DNA of 64,000 nt from NCBI RefSeq assembly GCF_009914755.1, contig NC_060929.1; one strand, given 5' to 3'. Origin of the DNA: the human T2T-CHM13v2.0 reference genome, Homo sapiens. Position numbers and translations under genes: made by a program. Below, one piece after another: positions 26,350 through 42,038 of this stretch; the first letter of the stretch is position 1, and each line of letters starts with the position of its first letter. A model generated the notes under the pieces. That model was not told where the DNA came from. It was given only the letters and a program-made list of their open reading frames with translations, and did no database searches.

Positions 26350-26587
26350 CAAAATCCTAAGTCTCTATTTTTCTGAGCCTTCAGCCTTAGGAGAGTCTCC
26401 TAACTACCACTTACAGTAAAATTTTACCCCCAGTTCTTCCTACATAGAAATCTCAATGATAGCAAAGATTCTGGGTCATTAAAGGGCTATTAAAAGTATT
26501 ATTCTTTATCTCACGTCCTCCTATATCATACCAATGGAGAAAACATGAACAGCTGAAGGTTCAGAAAAATAGAGATTTAGGATTTTG
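26350..26587. repeat. 36-bp inverted repeat with a 166-bp spacer
   Basis: 26350-26385 versus the reverse complement of 26552-26587: 34 of 36 identical. Confidence 0.92.
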
Positions 26588-26992
26588 TAATGAAGTCCCT
26601 CATATACTAAGAAAAACATGTCAGTGTGTGCATGCATCATTTTGGACACATACTCATAAAGCAGAGTTGTCCCTTGCTTGCTTTATAGCTCCTGGTAGGG
26701 GTCATGGCCCTTTGAGCCTTCTAGTCCAGCATCCCCTCCATCCTGGAAATAATATTTCTCAGATACAAATACCCATCTGAGCAGAGCTAACCTTCTCAGC
26801 ACTCAATGTCTGGGTCATACTTTCCTAGAACAAAGGAAAACAAAACAAAACAAAAAAGATAATCTAGTATTTTGGTTCCAAATGGAGCAATTTCAAGCCT
26901 CATTTCATTTCAGCAACTTCTTAGTTGCACACTAGTAAACAGTGAAGAGAAGAAGATAGCAATGTGTATTTGTTCATTTAACAAGTGGTTCA

Positions 26993-27310
<318 letters not shown>

Positions 27311-28503
27311 CTATGTCAGGCCATACTTCCGGTGCTTAGCTCATGGAACTCATGGGAAAGGTCAGAGTATGTCTATGTCAGAAAGTAATGTGCTCTCTGA
27401 AAAGAGGAACATGAGCTGAAAGTACATTTTAGGAAGGGTGGTCAGAGAAGGGCTCTCTGATAGGAAATATTTGGGCAGAAGTCTGAAGGATATGAAGAAA
27501 CAGCTATTTTAGAAAAGAGAATTATAGGCAGAGATAAACTGTATGTGCAAAGGCCCTGAGGCATGACAATGCTAACAAAGCAGTCTGTAAGAACAGAAGA
27601 TAGAGTCATACGGACAGTGAAAGTCGGCCTTGAACTGTGTGAGCAAAGCACACTGTGAATGATGAAGAACTGCCCCGAGTCTCTAACACTTCACCCATCA
27701 TCATAAATCCCTTCACTGCCTAGGCACCCCTTCATTTTTCATCAAAGCTCCAAGGTAATTTATTTTTAGAAAATAGTTACTGGCTATTTGGAAGTAAAAT
27801 GTTCTTTGTTCCCATTCTACCCAACCCCACTTCATCTTCCAGGTCACACATTAAATCTCTCGTATAAGCATATTACTCCCTGATGTGACACATAAGGACC
27901 ACAGGCTGACAAAAAAAAGTATCAAATGTTCCTCTTGCCTTTTATTTGGTTTAAACTATCAACAAAATTTGGAATGTACATTCAGCATTAGGATTAACCG
28001 GTACATGTAATTTTCTAACCGACTTTGCAGGAAAAGACAGATCCGTGAAACAGAGGTCAAGAGAGGCTCACACACAAATAATTTCTTACCAAGGTGACAT
28101 TTAAAAGCAGTAGAAAAATGTCAGTTGTCCAACAAATGATGATGGGATAACTGGCCAGACACTGGGGGAGGAAATAAATATGTATCATCCCTATTTATAC
28201 CAAAATAAATTTTAGTGGATCAGAAGGTTAAAAAAAAATGTAAAAGTCAAAGAAAATATTACAACTAAAAAAAAAAATATTTGGAGTGGGGACAGCTAAA
28301 GCAAGATACGTAAACCAAAAGCCTCAAAGGAAAAGATTAATGACTGTGACCACAGAAAAACTTCAAAGCCATAAAACAGTAAAAAGACAATTATGGTAGA
28401 AAAAATGCAACATAATACAACAGGTAAATTCCTCAATTCATAAAAAGTTCTGACAAGTTAGTTTCAGAGGACAAGTTCTATCCCATTCCCAGGCAACTTG
28501 GGG

Positions 28504-28504
28504 G

Positions 28505-28540
<36 letters not shown>

Positions 28541-28817
28541 GAGACAGGGTCTTACTCTGGCCCCCAGGCTGGCAGGCAGTGGCATAATCATAGTTCACTG
28601 CAGCCTCAAACTCTTAGGGTCAGGTGATCTTCCTACCTCAGCCTCCCAAGCAGCTAGGACTAAATGAACCACCACACCCAGCTCATTTCTTGTAAAGACA
28701 GGGTTTCTCCTTACCTCAGGTTGGTTTGAACTCTTGGTCTCAAGCATTTTTTTTTTTTTTTTTACCTCAGCCTCCCAAACTGCTGGGATTATAGGCATAA
28801 GCCACTGTGCTCAGCCT
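28504..28817 (-). mobile_element. Alu (AluJ-like) with a (GTT)n tail
   Basis: Reverse dimer; (GTT)n at 28504-28539; internal T-run at 28747-28763. Confidence 0.9.
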
Positions 28818-28829
28818 GGATAGCTTTTA

Positions 28830-29370
28830 GCAAGAAAAAAATGCAAATGGCTTTTAAATGTATGTGTAGATGCACATTCAAAATTAAGGAAATGTAACTT
28901 AAAAGTAGCAATAACATTTTATCCTATTAACAAATAATAAATAATTTGAAAACAAGGTGTTGGTGAGGATATAGGAAACAGGCTTCCCTATGCAATTCTT
29001 GGTAGAAATGTAAACTAATTGGTATATTTATGAAGGATAATGTGACTACATCCATATCAATTAAATATTCACATGCCCTTTAACTTAGCAATTATATTTC
29101 AAGCAATTTATCCCGATACGTTTTCATACATGTATAAAGAGGATTATCTAAGGCTGCAGTATAATTTTTAATGATAAAAATTTAGAAACAACTTAAACAT
29201 TCATTGATGAAGAATGAGTTAACTAAAGGACAGCACAGTCATACTTATTGTAATACTGTGTAGCCATTAAAAAGATTCAGGCTGATTTATATGAGCTGAT
29301 AAGAAAGGACTTCTAAGATATAATGTTAAGTAATAAAAGCAGGACAGAGGCATTATAGATATTATATGTA
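28830..29370 (+). mobile_element. L1ME-like 3' remnant
   Basis: gtgttggtgaggatataggaaacagg...tactgtgtagccattaaaaaga. Confidence 0.7.
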
Positions 29371-30079
29371 TATACCTATACACACAAGAAAAATAGACTG
29401 GCTAGGACTAACCCTGAAAAATATCTGTCATACCTACTGTGGCCCAAGTTCATTGGTTTTATTAGCCCATAATTATATTGCCAATGAGTAGCAAAGTGAG
29501 CACTCAAACCCAGATCTGTCAGACTCCGAAGCTCACACTGTTAATCATGATGCTGTATACCCTTTGATGATGCTGAAAGGACAAAGGTAGCAAGAAAACA
29601 AATGGTAAGACATTTCCTACTTTCTGCTTCCGAAACAACCAGGTATAAAAATGAACAGATCAGTAATAAAGGAAATAATGGAATTTTACAAAAGAAAGTC
29701 ATATTCATCTTTAAGTTCTTGAAGGGAAAAGGTTGATACGGCAGAAGAATGTTCAGCTCTGTCTCTCTTTCCCAAGGATAATCCAAAAAGACAAGTGGAA
29801 TTTGTCAACATTTAGAACACTTTATCTCCGTAAGTGCAAAGCTTACCAGGCTGAAATTCTTACCTTCTGGCCATACATGAAACCTACTGTTACTGGCTTT
29901 AACTAAATTCTACCAGGTTTAAAAATTAAATAAATCCTCAGCTTGTTTGAAAGAATTGGTGCCAGATAAACTAGTTATCTATAGCCAGACATGTGAACAT
30001 CCTTCCTACACACTGCCAACTTATTAAAAAGGAGTAAATTCCCAGATGAGTTCTGAAATTTGCAGCCCTAGAACCTGGT

Positions 30080-31007
<928 letters not shown>

Positions 31008-31499
31008 CTGGCGAAACTGCATTCTGTCCTTTGTATTAAATTTGTCTATGCCCAAACCAGTAATGATAACGACCCAGCCCTCAAGAATTCACTTTTCTTT
31101 GGGAACAAACTCTAATGCCCAGGTAAGGCCAGAGCCCAGGGGCATTCTCTATGCTTCATGATCCTGTCACTCAGATGAAGCTGGCTGGGCGAAGGCAAAC
31201 AAGCAACCTTAGCTTGGCCAATTGCATTTTCCATCTCAGGAATCTGAAATTTATAACAAAGTGACTGGGAGCCTGTTTCATTACTGAGTCCCATAAATAG
31301 CAGTACCCTTGAGAGAAAGCACGTGGATTTCTGCTGTCAAAGTTCCCAGAGTTCCCTGATATCCACCCTTCTGAGGCTTTACCCATTCTGTGAGCTGTCT
31401 CTGTGTCTTTTTCTTAAGCTGCCCAGAGACCATTTTTGTTTTTAGCCACAAAACAGCAAGAACAAATACACATCTCTGTCCGGTGCTATCCAATATCAT

Positions 31500-31890
31500 T
31501 TCCCATTTTTACTTTCAAACACAACTCTAATTTTGTTCAGTATAATAATGTTTCTATTACTTATTTCCCATCCTCCCTTACAGCTGAAAGGAGTCATGTG
31601 ACCCAGTCCTGGCCAATGAGATGAGCAGAAGTCACTGATGGCGCTTCCTGAGCCTCCTTTAAAGCAGCTAGACACTGGAGCTTTTATCTTTTGCCCTTTG
31701 CTCTCACTTGCCTTCTTGACTGGAATGCAGATGTGATGCTCAGAGATGCAGCTGTCGTTTTGTAACCCTGACCTTGAAAGCCTCACACTAAGGATGAGAA
31801 CAGAAATAGAGAAGGAGCCTATGTTCTTGAAGACATCCTTAAACAACTACACTAGCCCCACCTCCTGACTTCTTAGGTGAAAATAATAAA
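31500..31890 (+). mobile_element. Ancient ERVL/MaLR LTR (MLT1J-like)
   Basis: gtcatgtgacccagtcctggccaatgagatgagcagaagtc...ctggaatgcagatgtgatg. Confidence 0.6.
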
Positions 31891-31895
31891 CACCC

Positions 31896-32311
31896 TGATA
31901 TGGTTTGGATCTATGTCCCCACCCAAATCTCATGTTCAATTGTAATTCCCAGTGTTGGAGGTGGGGTCTGGTGGGAGGCAAGTTGATCATGGGAGCCTTT
32001 TCTCATGAATCATTTGACCCCATCCCCCTTGGTCCTGTTGTTTCAATAGTGAGTGAATTCTTGCATGATCTGGTTGTGTAAAAGTGTGTGACACCTCCTC
32101 CTTCACTCTCTTGCTTCTGCTCCCACCATGTGAGATGCCTGCTCCCGCTTTGCCCTCTGCCATGATTGGAAGCTTCTCAAGGCCTCCCCAGAAGCAGAAG
32201 CTGCTATGCTTCCTATACAGGCCGCAGAACTGAGCCAATGAAACCTCTTTTCTTTGTAAATTACCCAGTCTCAGGGATGTCTTTATAGCAATGTGAGAAT
32301 AGCCTAATACA
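31896..32311 (+). mobile_element. MSTA-like MaLR solo LTR
   Basis: tgatatggtttggatct...ctttatagcaatgtgagaatagcctaataca. Confidence 0.92.
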
Positions 32312-32545
32312 CCCCCCGTTTGGTTAAGCAGTTTGGAAAGTCTGGAAAAGTTTCTGAAATAAACAGTTGAACACAATCCCACGGGAAGCACTACCTAGCC
32401 TCTGTGAAGTCTATTGTATGAATTCAATTCAGTGCAGGTATTAGGAGAGAGCCTACTGTTACAAGCAGAGGCAGGAAAGGAAATAATGACAAGTTCATGT
32501 CCCCCATCTTGTGGGCAAAACACTAAGATACATAACCTGCTCTAG

Positions 32546-32895
<350 letters not shown>

Positions 32896-33139
32896 TTAGA
32901 GAAGTGATAAACAGATGTGTAAACAGCTTCTATTGAGACAGAGGCAGAAAAAATGAAATCTGCCTGAGAGATGAGGGAAAGTGTAATAGCAGAGGTGGTA
33001 ACTAATCTGGGCTTTAAAGAATGAACAGAATTTTGATAGGCAAGGGGCCTGCAGGCCAGGGACAGAGCATGAATGCAGGCTTATATGTGTGGGGAATGGA
33101 AGCAAAAGAGCTCCTTATCTGCCATGATAATCTAAGCAC

Positions 33140-33385
33140 TTCCTGACAATGACGGCTGCCATTTCTGAGTACTTACCCACGGCCAGTTGTTGTATGTGCA
33201 TTTTCTCAGTAAATCCTCAGTACAAGCCACCAAAAAGTAAGGTACTCTCATTATTATCCTCATCATACAGATGAAGAAAGTGTAACTTCAAGAAGTTAAT
33301 TTCTCCAGGATAACAGAGCAGAGTCATAAGGGGCAAAGATGAGATACTGGCACAAATCACTCTAGCTCCAGAGCCCTGCCTCTTA
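33140..33385 (-). mobile_element. MIR
   Basis: attattatcctcatcatacagatgaagaaagtg core. Confidence 0.7.
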
Positions 33386-35164
33386 AGTCTCTGCTTCAAT
33401 GCTTGATAATGTTCCCATGAAGGACATTACTAAAAGATGAGAGTGGCTACTGGCATGCGGAACTAGTGGAATCCAATGGCTAATGTGACTGCAAAGTTTT
33501 TAAGAGTGTTGTGTTGTCGAGAGTCTGGACTGAAACTGACTGTTCAAGATCTAAAACTACACTGGGGCCCCCAAACATCATTGGTCAAGACAAGAGCTTA
33601 GCCAGTTCCTAAGTAAGATGTAAAATCCCTATGCCCACAACCCTTGTGGCCAAGGAGAATAATGCAAAGAAAAGAATTTCCTGTAAAGCAGAGCAGGGAC
33701 AAGGAAGAAAAATTTACAATAGAAATGTTCCCAGGGAGCAGAATGGAAGCCTGTGAAGGAATATGCTCCAATAACAAGATAGGAAGCCTTCAAAATGTGG
33801 TCAGAATTGCTCCAGACCAGTGACTACTTTGTGTCTTCATTTCTCCTTATTCCAAATGGGAATGATTATTAAAATTAATCTGATTCTCCCTCTTTTATCA
33901 CTGTATATGGCAGACTTAAATGAGAGAAACTTTGTTTTTTAAAAAAGGTCACGAAACAGAATCAAGAATAATCTTCTGTTTCCAGCAGCATTATTGACAA
34001 ATTCTGAAAGACCCATTCCCTCAAAACAACTAGATCCTATGTAAAGCATACTTCTAATTGCATTGAACTCACAGGATGCAAGAGTAACTCACAAAGGGAA
34101 GCCAACAGACATGTATTGAACTTAAAGCCATGAGCAGTAAGCACATAGGAGCAGTGTGGTTGCACACAATCAGTGTTTCAATTTTAAGACAAGACCTGAA
34201 GCCAATAGCAAGCTGGGGGTGGAAGCGAAATCTGAGTTAGACAAAATAAGCCAGGGACCCTGGAATGAACTAACATGGTCCTATTTGGTAGCACACCTTG
34301 ATTCACAACAGAAGCAAAATAATTGCAGGTCCTCTCTGGAGGAAACCATCTCCAATTTAACATCAACCCCATACTCTCACAACCAAAGATTACCAGACAT
34401 ACAAGGGAATGAACCACCATGAGTGAGAGTCAGCAGGACAAAAACAGTATCACATTTAGACTTTTTTGTCTCCAAAAACTTGAGAAATTAGAATTATCAG
34501 ACTGAGAATTTACAATGACAGTGTATAAAATGATTTTATAAATAAGAGATGGACTCAGAAAACTATTTAAAAATGAACCAATTCTTAGAAATGAAAATCA
34601 TAATATGCATTTATAATATAAATGATAGTATAGTTTACATATATATTTTTCTGCATATGAATTCTGCTACAATTGCTATATATTATTAATGAGTGGGACA
34701 AATAGAGATTAATCATCCCTGATGAGAATACTTGTGGATTAAAAGATAGATCTGAAGTAATGACTCAGCATGTAGCATTGAAAGACAGAAATGAAAATTC
34801 CCAAAAAAGAGATTGCAGGATAAAATAAGATATGCAAAACTTCTAAATAAACTATTAGCAAAGTCATTTTATGAATAAATCAAACATGCCTATATGAATG
34901 CAAGAATTAACAGAATAACAGAGGGGGGAAAATGATCTTAACATATACAGAGAAAACTTTGATAAAAAATTAAGATTTTCTTATGATAAAAAACAATCAG
35001 TAAAATAGGAATAGGAATTTCTTAATTTGATCAAATGCATATATCAAATATTATGCTTAGTAAGGAAAGGATAGAGACATTTGCTTTAAAGTCAGAAGAT
35101 TTATTACTGCTTCTATTCTATATCAAATTGAAAATTCCAGCTGGAAGAGTATGACAAAAAATAA

Positions 35165-35930
35165 AAGGTCCACTCTGTCCACTGAAAGGACCAAGACTGA
35201 AAGACATCCCACTAGCAATGGGTGCACCTAACACTCAAAACTTAGTCTGAGTTCTAAGGATTTTCCACTGAAAGAAATCAGAGCTTCTCAGAGAAATGAC
35301 TGACTCCATGATTTCAGGATTTAGGTCAGGTTAGGGAACAAGATGAGCTTGGAATATTTTGGGATATATAAGAAAGCAAAGTCTTAAATAAATGATAAGG
35401 GCATATTACAAGGACACAGGAATCAGCTTTGGACACCAAAGTAGTAAAGGACAGTGATGAACTATAAACCTCTGGGAGAAAACTAAGGGAATCATGAGTT
35501 CATTCCCATAAAAAAGCAAATAAAGTAGCATAATGATAGTAGAATGCTAAGGCTGACTGGTGAATATGGAGGGCATACCAGAGTTGGGAAATTAGCATTT
35601 TGGAACCATCCTAGTGAAGGTCAGATCCGGCAAGAAGTGTCAATGAATGTTAAATCTATAGGAAAATTTTAATGAGGACTAGAGTAATTGTATGGTCTTT
35701 ATTATGAGTCGCAAGGGAGAAAACAAATAACAGTAGATAAATAACTAATATATAAATCAGATAGCACCTTAACTGGGAATTCAAAATTAATATCACTAAA
35801 GAGGGAGACAGGGACATCTATACCTCCAGATGTGATGCCCTCAGAAGGACAGATCACATATACAGTGTCCTGGCCACAAATGTATAACCTAAATATAATT
35901 GCAAGGAACCATCAAGCAAATCCATGCTGA
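35165..35930 (+). mobile_element. L1MC-like 3' region (resumes at ~38240-38640)
   Basis: ttttccactgaaagaaatcagagcttctcagagaaatgactgactcc; later ggagacaggacaactaaatgc. Confidence 0.65.
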
Positions 35931-35943
35931 GAAACATTGTTTT

Positions 35944-37640
35944 TTTTAATTAAAAACTTTTTTTTAAATTATACTTTAAGTTCTGGGATACATGTGCAGA
36001 ATGTGCAGGTTTGTTACATAGGCATACAAGTGCCATGGCGGTTTGCTGCACCCATCAACCTGTCATCTACATTAGGTATTTCTCCTAATGCTATCCTTCC
36101 CCTAACCCCCACCCACTGACAGGCCCCGGTGTGAGATGTTCCCCTCCCTGTGTCCATGTGTTCTCATTGTTCAACTCCCACTTATGAGTGAGAACATGCA
36201 GTGTTTGGTTTTCTGTTCTGGTGTTAGTTTGCTAAGAATGCTGGTTTCCAGTTTCATTCATATCCCTGCAAAGGACATGAACTCATCCTTTTTGTGGCTG
36301 CATCGTATTCCATGGTGTATATGTGCTACATTTTTCTTTATCCAGTCTATCATTGATGGGCATTTAGGTTGGTTCCAAGTCTTTGCTATTGTGAACAGTG
36401 CTGCAATAAACATACGTGTGCATATGTCTTTATAGTAGAATGATTTATAATCCTTTCGGTATATACCTAGTAATGGGATTGCTGGGTCAAATGGTATTTC
36501 TGGTTCTAGATCCTTGGGGAATCACCACACTGTCTTCCACAATGGTTGAACTAATTTACACTCCCACCAACAGTGTAAAAGCATTCCTATTTCTCAACAT
36601 CCTCTCCAGCATCTGTTGTTTCCTGACTTTTTAGTGATCGCCTTTCTAACTGGCGTGAGATGGTATTTCATTGTGATTTTGATTTGCATTTCTCTAATGA
36701 CCAGTGATGATGAACTTGTTTTCATGTTTGTTGGCTGCATGAATGTCTTCTTTTAAGTGTCTGTTCATATCCTTTACCCACTTTTTGATGGGGTTGTTTT
36801 TTTCTTGTAAATTTGTTTAAGTTCTTTGTAGATTCTGGATATTAACCCTTTGTCAGATGGATAGATTGCAAAAATTCTCTCCCATTCTGTAGGTTGCCTG
36901 TTCACTCTGATGATAGTTTCTTTTGCTGTGCAGAAACTCTTTAGTTTAATTAGATCCCATTTGTCAATTTTGGCTTTTGTTTCTATTGCTTTTGGTGTTT
37001 TAGTCATGAAGTCTTTGCCCATGCCTATGTCCTGAATGGTACTGCCTAGGTTTTCTTCTAGGGTTTTTATGGTTTTAGGTCTTACATTTAAGTCTTTAAT
37101 CCATCTTGAGTTAATTTTTGTATAAGGTGTAAGGAAGGCATCCAGTTTCAGTTTTCTGCATATAGCTAGCCAGTTTTCCCAACACCATTTACTAAATAGG
37201 GAATCCTTTCCCCATTTCTTGTTTTTGTCAGGTTTGTCAAACATCAGATGGTTGAACTACAAACCACTGCTCAAGGAAATAAGAGATGACACAAACAAAT
37301 GGAACAACATTCCATGCTCATAGATAGGAATAATTAATATCGTGAAAATGGCCATACTGCTCAAAGTAATTTATAGATTCAATGTTATCCCCATCAAGCT
37401 ACCATTGACTTTCTTCACAGAATTAGAAAAGACTACTTTAAATTTCATATTGAACCAAAAAAGAGCCCATATAGCCAAGACAATACTAAACAAAAAGAAC
37501 AAAGCTGGAGGCATCACACTACCTGACTTCAAACTCTACCACAAGGCTACACTACTGGTTCCAAAACAGATATATAGACCAATGGAACACAACAGAGGCC
37601 TCAGAAATAACACTACTCATCTACAACCATCTGATCTTTG
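35944..37640 (-). mobile_element. 5'-truncated, 5'-inverted L1PA element
   Basis: The minus-strand 3' UTR and ORF2 C-terminus (ORF 36774-37244) run to 37254, then a plus-strand ORF2 piece spans 37255-37641. Degenerate TSD gaaac(a/g)ttgt(t/c)tt at 35931-35943 and 37640-37652. Confidence 0.92.
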
Positions 37641-37863
37641 AAACGTTGTCTTAAAAATGGGGTTTGGGGCTTCAGGGAGAAAGATCTAAATACAATATGA
37701 TATTCTAGATTGTATATTAAAACAAAAAATAGATATCTGTAGAAAAAGGTAAATCTGAACAAAGTCTGTAGTTTAGTTAATAATACTGTACTAATGTTAA
37801 TTCTTAGTTTTGACAAATGTCCTATAGTTATATAAGATACTAATATTAGAGGACACTGGGTAA

Positions 37864-38212
<349 letters not shown>

Positions 38213-38647
38213 TGCTATGTAAATTTAAAATTATTTCAAAATAAAAGGTTTTAACAAAAAATGAAAGTAGAGAAGGTTTTTTTTTTAATGCCCATGTTAT
38301 AAAAGAAAAAATAAAGTGGTAGAAATGTTGCTGGTTAAAGGAGGCTAAGGAGACAGGACAACTAAATGCCATACCTGACCTTAGACTGGATCCTGTACTA
38401 AAGAAATGAAATAAAAGATCTTGGGTCAAGTGATAAAACTAGACTATGAATTGTAAAGTACAACATCAATGTTAAATTTACTGATGTTGATAACTGTACT
38501 GTGGTTCTGTAAGAGAATATCCGTATTCTTCAAAAATACCGCTGAAGTATTTAGGGAGAGGTAAAAAAGGAGAAATAAAGGAATACAACAAATGATAAAG
38601 CATGCAGGGTTAGATGTTAATGACAGATGAATCAGAGTAAAGGGTAC

Positions 38648-39587
38648 TGCAATGCAATTCGGGCCCTAACTATCCAGAGTTGAGTCAGATTTCACAGGCT
38701 AAGGACACAGTCCTCTCCAAGACTGCCCTCACTTCAGAGACCAGCTACAAGCTCTGGGGTTTCCAGGCCAGCCACAATTCTGACCAATTAGATATTAACT
38801 CAGGAGATCCCACTATGCCTTCAGGTTTGATAACTTGCTGGAACAACTCCAGAACCCAGGAAAATGCTATGTAATAATACAAATTTTAAAATGCAGTGTA
38901 ACTAGTATTTACATTGTAATTGGCATTATAAGTAATCTAGAGATGATTTAAACTCCACAGGAAAATATACATAGGTTACATGCAAATACTATTCCATTTT
39001 ATATACAAGACTTGAACATGTGTTGGTTTTTAATATCTGCTGGGGTCCTGGAACCAATCCCCCAAGAATACCAAGGGATGACTTTACTTTCAATTACAGG
39101 TTTTGGGACCAGCCAAATGAAAAAAAAAAATGCATAGGATCAGGTCTAAGAAGGCACCAAATGAGAAGCTTCCATGTCCTCAGGACACATCACCCTCCTG
39201 GTACATCCATGTATGATTACCAATCAATTACTAATCAGGGAGGCTCTCCTGAACCTCAATGTCCCGACTTCTTACAGGGGTCTCATTACATAGGCATAAT
39301 TGATTCAATCATTGGCCATATCCTTTAACGCAATCTCCAGCCTGTCTCCTATTCCTAAAGATCAGGCTGATATCACCTGACTTAAATCTCAACCATCTAA
39401 TCACAAATGGTTTTTCTGCCATAGCCAGCCCCACCCTGATTCTTCTCCTTAAGCCTGAACTCAGGCAGGTGCCAGGGACCCACCATGAGTAACTAAGACA
39501 CTCCCATTACTCAAGACAATCTAAGGATTTAGAGGTTACCTCCCAGAAACCAGGGACAAATCCAGCCAAATTCTTTATTATATAACA
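38648..39587. mobile_element. MER21-like LTR, split by a MER2 fragment
   Basis: caagactgccctcacttcagagaccagc...ccagccaaattctttattatataaca. Confidence 0.75.
38872..39083. mobile_element. MER2-like Tigger fragment
   Basis: ataagtaatctagagatgatttaaa...ggtcctggaaccaatccccaagaataccaagggatgact. Confidence 0.8.
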
Positions 39588-40229
39588 CTATGTAAGTATA
39601 CTGTATACCATTTTAATTTTGCAACTTTCCTGTAAATTTTCCAAAGAACACATTGTTTATGTAAAAAATGAAAAATATCTAAGCAGAAATGATCAACACA
39701 AATAAGAATTCAAAAGGTTTTGAGGTATAAGTCAATACCTCAAAACTGACATCAACTGACATCAACTCTGCTCCTATATGTGAGCAACTGTTAGAAAAGG
39801 TAATACTGTACGAATCCCCTTTATAATAGCAACAGATACTTATAAAGTATAAAACATTAATAAAAAGAATTTTTATAAAACATTCAAGACCTAAATAACG
39901 AGTATATACTGTGAACGTGACATATTATGTTGTATTATAAAGATATCAGTTCTTCTCCAAATTATCCTGACAAGGCTGTTGTTAATGTTTTAGTAGTTAT
40001 TATTAACTTTTAAAAGGGTGTATGTTCGTTTGTATGTGTAAATATAGAAGATGAATCTCTTAAATTTGTATAAAGGAGCAAAGAACTAAGAATAATCATG
40101 GCATTTCTTTAAAAGAAGAGTAAAATACAGGGATTGCCCTACCAGGTATCAGGACTTTCTATTAAGCAATGATAATTAACACAATGTGTAATTTGGTGTG
40201 GGAACAGATAGAGTAAATGTTAGTAATTA

Positions 40230-40670
40230 TTATGTCAAGTGGATGCTTTTGGCTGCAAACAATAGGAAAACTGACTCAAATTGCTTAAACAATAATTTAA
40301 TAAGAAATTTAAAAGTAGAGCTATTTTCAGGGTTGATTAATGTCACGGCTTGGCAGAGACATCAAGGAAAGAAGTTTGTCCTATCCCTCTGTTCTGCCAT
40401 CCTCAGTGTGGTGACTTTGACCCCATGCTGAAGCCCGTCATAGCCATGAGGTGGCTGCCACAGTTCTAGGTATCACATAGGCAGAAAGGGTAAATGCCTT
40501 CTTATGTTTCTTTCTCAGGGGTTAGGAAACATTTCTAAAAGTCCCAAGAGAGGACTGGGTCACTCACTCAATTCCTAAACCAAATACACTTATTCTCCAA
40601 ATACTAGCAAGGGAATTGAGGTCAGTATAATTGCCTTAGACAAATCATTCTAGGTAGAATTGATATTGGG
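40230..40670 (-). mobile_element. Ancient MLT1-type LTR
   Basis: gcttttggctgcaaacaataggaaaactgactcaaattgcttaaac...gtggctgccacagttctagg. Confidence 0.6.
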
Positions 40671-42038
40671 GTGTCAATGCTCAAGACAATAATGTTAATT
40701 CTATTTGATGGGGAAAAAAGTGATTATTCTTTATACATTGGGATTTTTTTCTCAAAATTAAAAAATAAATTTACCTCCAAATGAAACTAGATGTCCTACT
40801 TAATGAGCATCGTATTCAATCTCTCTCTGAATAAATGTGGAACCCACTGAGAAACTGACATTTGTTGACTGCCTGCTGAAGGCCAAGTACTAAGCTAAGT
40901 ACACCATCACATCTGTCCTTACAATACCCCTGAAGGACCATTTGCTGAATGATGAAACTAAGTCCAGAGAAGGAAAGTGACTGGGATAAAGTCACTTGTT
41001 GAATATGAGGTAAAGCTGGGGACTCTACCTTGATTTTTAGACAATTACCCCATACTTCAACCCAGACCTATGTTCTCTACCCTTTATTGTGCCAGAAAAA
41101 AACATATCATTCAGATATATGGATTCAGGTACCAAAAAGAGCTGGCAAATATTTCTATAAATGTTTTCTTCTCCACAAACCATATAAGAAAGAAAGATGA
41201 TTAAATTTCAAAACTCTTAGGACCTGCTCTCAACCATCAGACCAATGTTGGAGTGGGCAGGTGGATTTCTTCATTGGAAATAGCTTAATCTGTCAAACAA
41301 GCTTAAAAGAATTTCCCAGGAAACACAGCAGGTCTGGCATTCCCATTGTGTCCACTCATGCAAATCAGATTTCACAAATACATGGACACCTTGGCTTCCT
41401 TACAGGGTACATTCAGGATGTCAATACTCAAGGTGACTTAAGGTTAGACAATTAAGGAAGGAGCAGCAGTGTGGCAGGAAAAAACTTTGAGAAGACAAAG
41501 ATGAACTTGGCCAATTGGATAGAAATGAAACAGCCCAGTGTTGTGGAGAATTGCAGGGCCAGTGGTGTGGTCATGATGGACAGTCTCCTCCAAGGCCACC
41601 TGTGATTGAAGCCCGATTGTCAAAAACAGACAGTAAACCAGGAGAGAGAAGCAAGAAGTTAGATGGTGCTGTCAACTTGCCACAGGATATGCAGCAAAGG
41701 GTATCGGACTTGCATGAAGAGTGAGGAGAAAAAAACCAGGTGGGGGTGGTAAGAGGTAGTGGATGAGTTCTTAAAACAGCCTCCAAGAACATCTGGAAGA
41801 AAATCTTGGGCATCTGATATCCTAACAATGATTTTGCAAACAGTCTCATTGTCTTCCGGGATGTGAAGTTCTCTCCTAGTACCAGGGCTGCAAGCCAGAG
41901 AAGAGCCAGCTGTGGGTCCCCACCTCTAGTGAACCTCAAGAGACTCAAAGGGGATGCTCCAGGAGACAAGAAGCTCTCTCTTCAGGAGCTGACCAACAGT
42001 GGGTAGGCCAGAACCCTTGGCTTGTCCACCTTACTCCA

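Noticed and set aside
26409-26616. Possible minus-strand exon (tttttcttag acceptor, gtaagt donor)
   Set aside because: Stops in all three frames and no partner exons; coding use is unsupported.
36774-37641. 156-aa and 99-aa ORFs on opposite strands
   Set aside because: L1 ORF2 fragments from the inverted L1PA, not a host gene.
41515-41969. 69-aa and 132-aa ORFs in unique-looking sequence
   Set aside because: No recognisable homology, splice structure or retrocopy hallmarks.
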